This document shows positions 1 through 4,991 of a stretch of 4,991 bases of DNA, in pieces. Made by a program: the position numbers and the translations under genes. This DNA comes from Escherichia phage AR1, in the sequence record AF208841.1; one strand, given 5' to 3'. The notes beneath the pieces are model-generated. The model did no database searches. It was not told the DNA's origin and saw only the letters and a list, made by a program, of their open reading frames with translations. Each line of letters begins with the position of its first letter. Position 1 is the stretch's first letter.

Positions 1-201
1 AGAAAGGACTATGTTGATGGAGCAATAAATATTGTTACAACAAATGCAAACTCTAGAGTATTACGCTCTGGAGACACTATGACAGGAAATTTAACTGCGC
101 CAAACCTTTTTTCACAGAATCCTGCATCTCAACCCTCGCATGTTCCGCGATTTGACCAAATCGTAATTAAGGATTCTGTTCAAGATTTCGGCTATTATTA
201 A
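1..201 (+). CDS. 36: Long tail fibre hinge/connector protein gp36, C-terminal fragment (5' end lies outside the window)
   Basis: Frame 1 is open from base 1 to a TAA at 199-201 and reads RKDYVDGAINIVTTNANSRVLRSGDTMTGNLTAPNLFSQNPASQPSHVPRFDQIVIKDSVQDFGYY*. It sits immediately upstream of the gp37 homologue, as gene 36 does in T-even phages. It carries the SGDTMTGxLT fibre motif that recurs in gp37. Absent from the ORF track only because it has no start inside the window. Confidence 0.75.
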   Translation, partial: RKDYVDGAINIVTTNANSRVLRSGDTMTGNLTAPNLFSQNPASQPSHVPRFDQIVIKDSVQDFGYY

Positions 202-206
202 GAGGA
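202..206 (+). promoter_or_regulatory. Shine-Dalgarno sequence (GAGGA) for gene 37
   Basis: GAGGA lies 3 nt upstream of the ATG at 210; the gene 36 stop codon is directly adjacent, consistent with tight translational coupling. Confidence 0.6.
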
Positions 207-209
207 CTT

Positions 210-4330
<4,121 letters not shown>

Positions 4331-4334
4331 TTTG

Positions 4335-4342
4335 AATAAATA
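4335..4342 (+). promoter_or_regulatory. Candidate T4-type late promoter -10 element (AATAAATA, one mismatch from TATAAATA) upstream of t
   Basis: AATAAATA at 4335-4342, 18 nt upstream of the t start codon; a TATAAT hexamer also lies at 4326-4331 overlapping the gene 38 stop. It is not an exact match to the late consensus, so this is speculative. Confidence 0.25.
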
Positions 4343-4351
4343 TCCTTAAAA

Positions 4352-4357
4352 GGAGGG
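4352..4357 (+). promoter_or_regulatory. Shine-Dalgarno sequence (GGAGGG) for holin gene t
   Basis: GGAGGG lies 3 nt upstream of the ATG at 4361. Confidence 0.7.
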
Positions 4358-4360
4358 TCT

Positions 4361-4991
4361 ATGGCAGCACCTAGAATATCACTTTCGCCCTCTGATATTC
4401 TATTTGGTGTTCTAGATCGCTTGTTCAAAGATAACGCTACCGGGAAAGTTCTTGCTTCCCGGGTAGCTGTCGTAATTCTTTTATTTATGATGGCGATTGT
4501 TTGGTATAGGGGAGATAGTTTCTTTGAGTACTATAAGCAATCAAAGTATGAAACATACAGTGAAATTATTGAAAAGGAAAGAAATGCACGCTTTGAATCT
4601 GTCGCCCTGGAACAACTCCAGATAGTTCATATATCATCTGAGGCAGACTTTAGTGCGGTGTATTCTTTCCGCCCTAAAAACTTAAACTATTTTGTTGATA
4701 TTATAGCATACGAAGGAAGATTACCTTCAACAATAACTGAAAAATCACTTGGAGGATATCCTGTTGATAAAACTATGGATGAATATACAGTTCATTTAAA
4801 TGGACGTCATTATTATTCCAACTCAAAATTTGCTTTTTTACCAACTAAAAAGCCTACTCCCGAAATAAACTACATGTACAGTTGTCCATATTTTAATTTG
4901 GATAATATCTATGCTGGAACGATAACCATGTACTGGTATAGAAATGATCATATAAGTAATGACCGCCTTGAATCAATATGTGCTCAGGCGG
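4361..4991 (+). CDS. t: Holin T (T4-type class III holin), N-terminal about 210 aa; 3' end lies beyond the window
   Basis: The frame is open from the ATG at 4361 to the window end and reads MAAPRISLSPSDILFGVLDRLFKDNATGKVLASRVAVVILLFMMAIVWYRGDSFFEYYKQSKYETYSEIIEKER...YMYSCPYFNLDNIYAGTITMYWYRNDHISNDRLESICAQA. This is near-identical to the T4 holin T sequence as I recall it, with one N-proximal transmembrane segment (VAVVILLFMMAIVW) followed by a large periplasmic domain. Its position after gene 38 matches the T-even gene order. Confidence 0.93.
   Translation, partial: MAAPRISLSPSDILFGVLDRLFKDNATGKVLASRVAVVILLFMMAIVWYRGDSFFEYYKQSKYETYSEIIEKERNARFESVALEQLQIVHISSEADFSAVYSFRPKNLNYFVDIIAYEGRLPSTITEKSLGGYPVDKTMDEYTVHLNGRHYYSNSKFAFLPTKKPTPEINYMYSCPYFNLDNIYAGTITMYWYRNDHISNDRLESICAQA

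Overview
This window is a canonical T-even (T4/T2-like) phage long-tail-fibre and lysis locus, all on the + strand: the 3' end of gene 36, a complete gene 37 (distal long-tail-fibre subunit, 1103 aa), a T2-type gene 38 tip adhesin, and the 5' part of the holin gene t. I do not see a novel or undescribed system; there is no CRISPR array, rRNA/tRNA gene, transposase or defence-like gene. Identifications rest on my recollection of the T4 gp37 and holin T sequences, on recognisable motifs, and on the conserved gene order 36-37-38-t; no database search was run. Points worth a second look are the self-cleaving chaperone domain at the gp37 C-terminus, the glycine-rich receptor-binding domain of gp38 with its variable loops (the likely host-range determinant), an internal repeat module in gp37, and a cUUCGg hairpin in the 37-38 junction. 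The six minus-strand ORFs in the track all lie antisense inside these genes and are treated as spurious.
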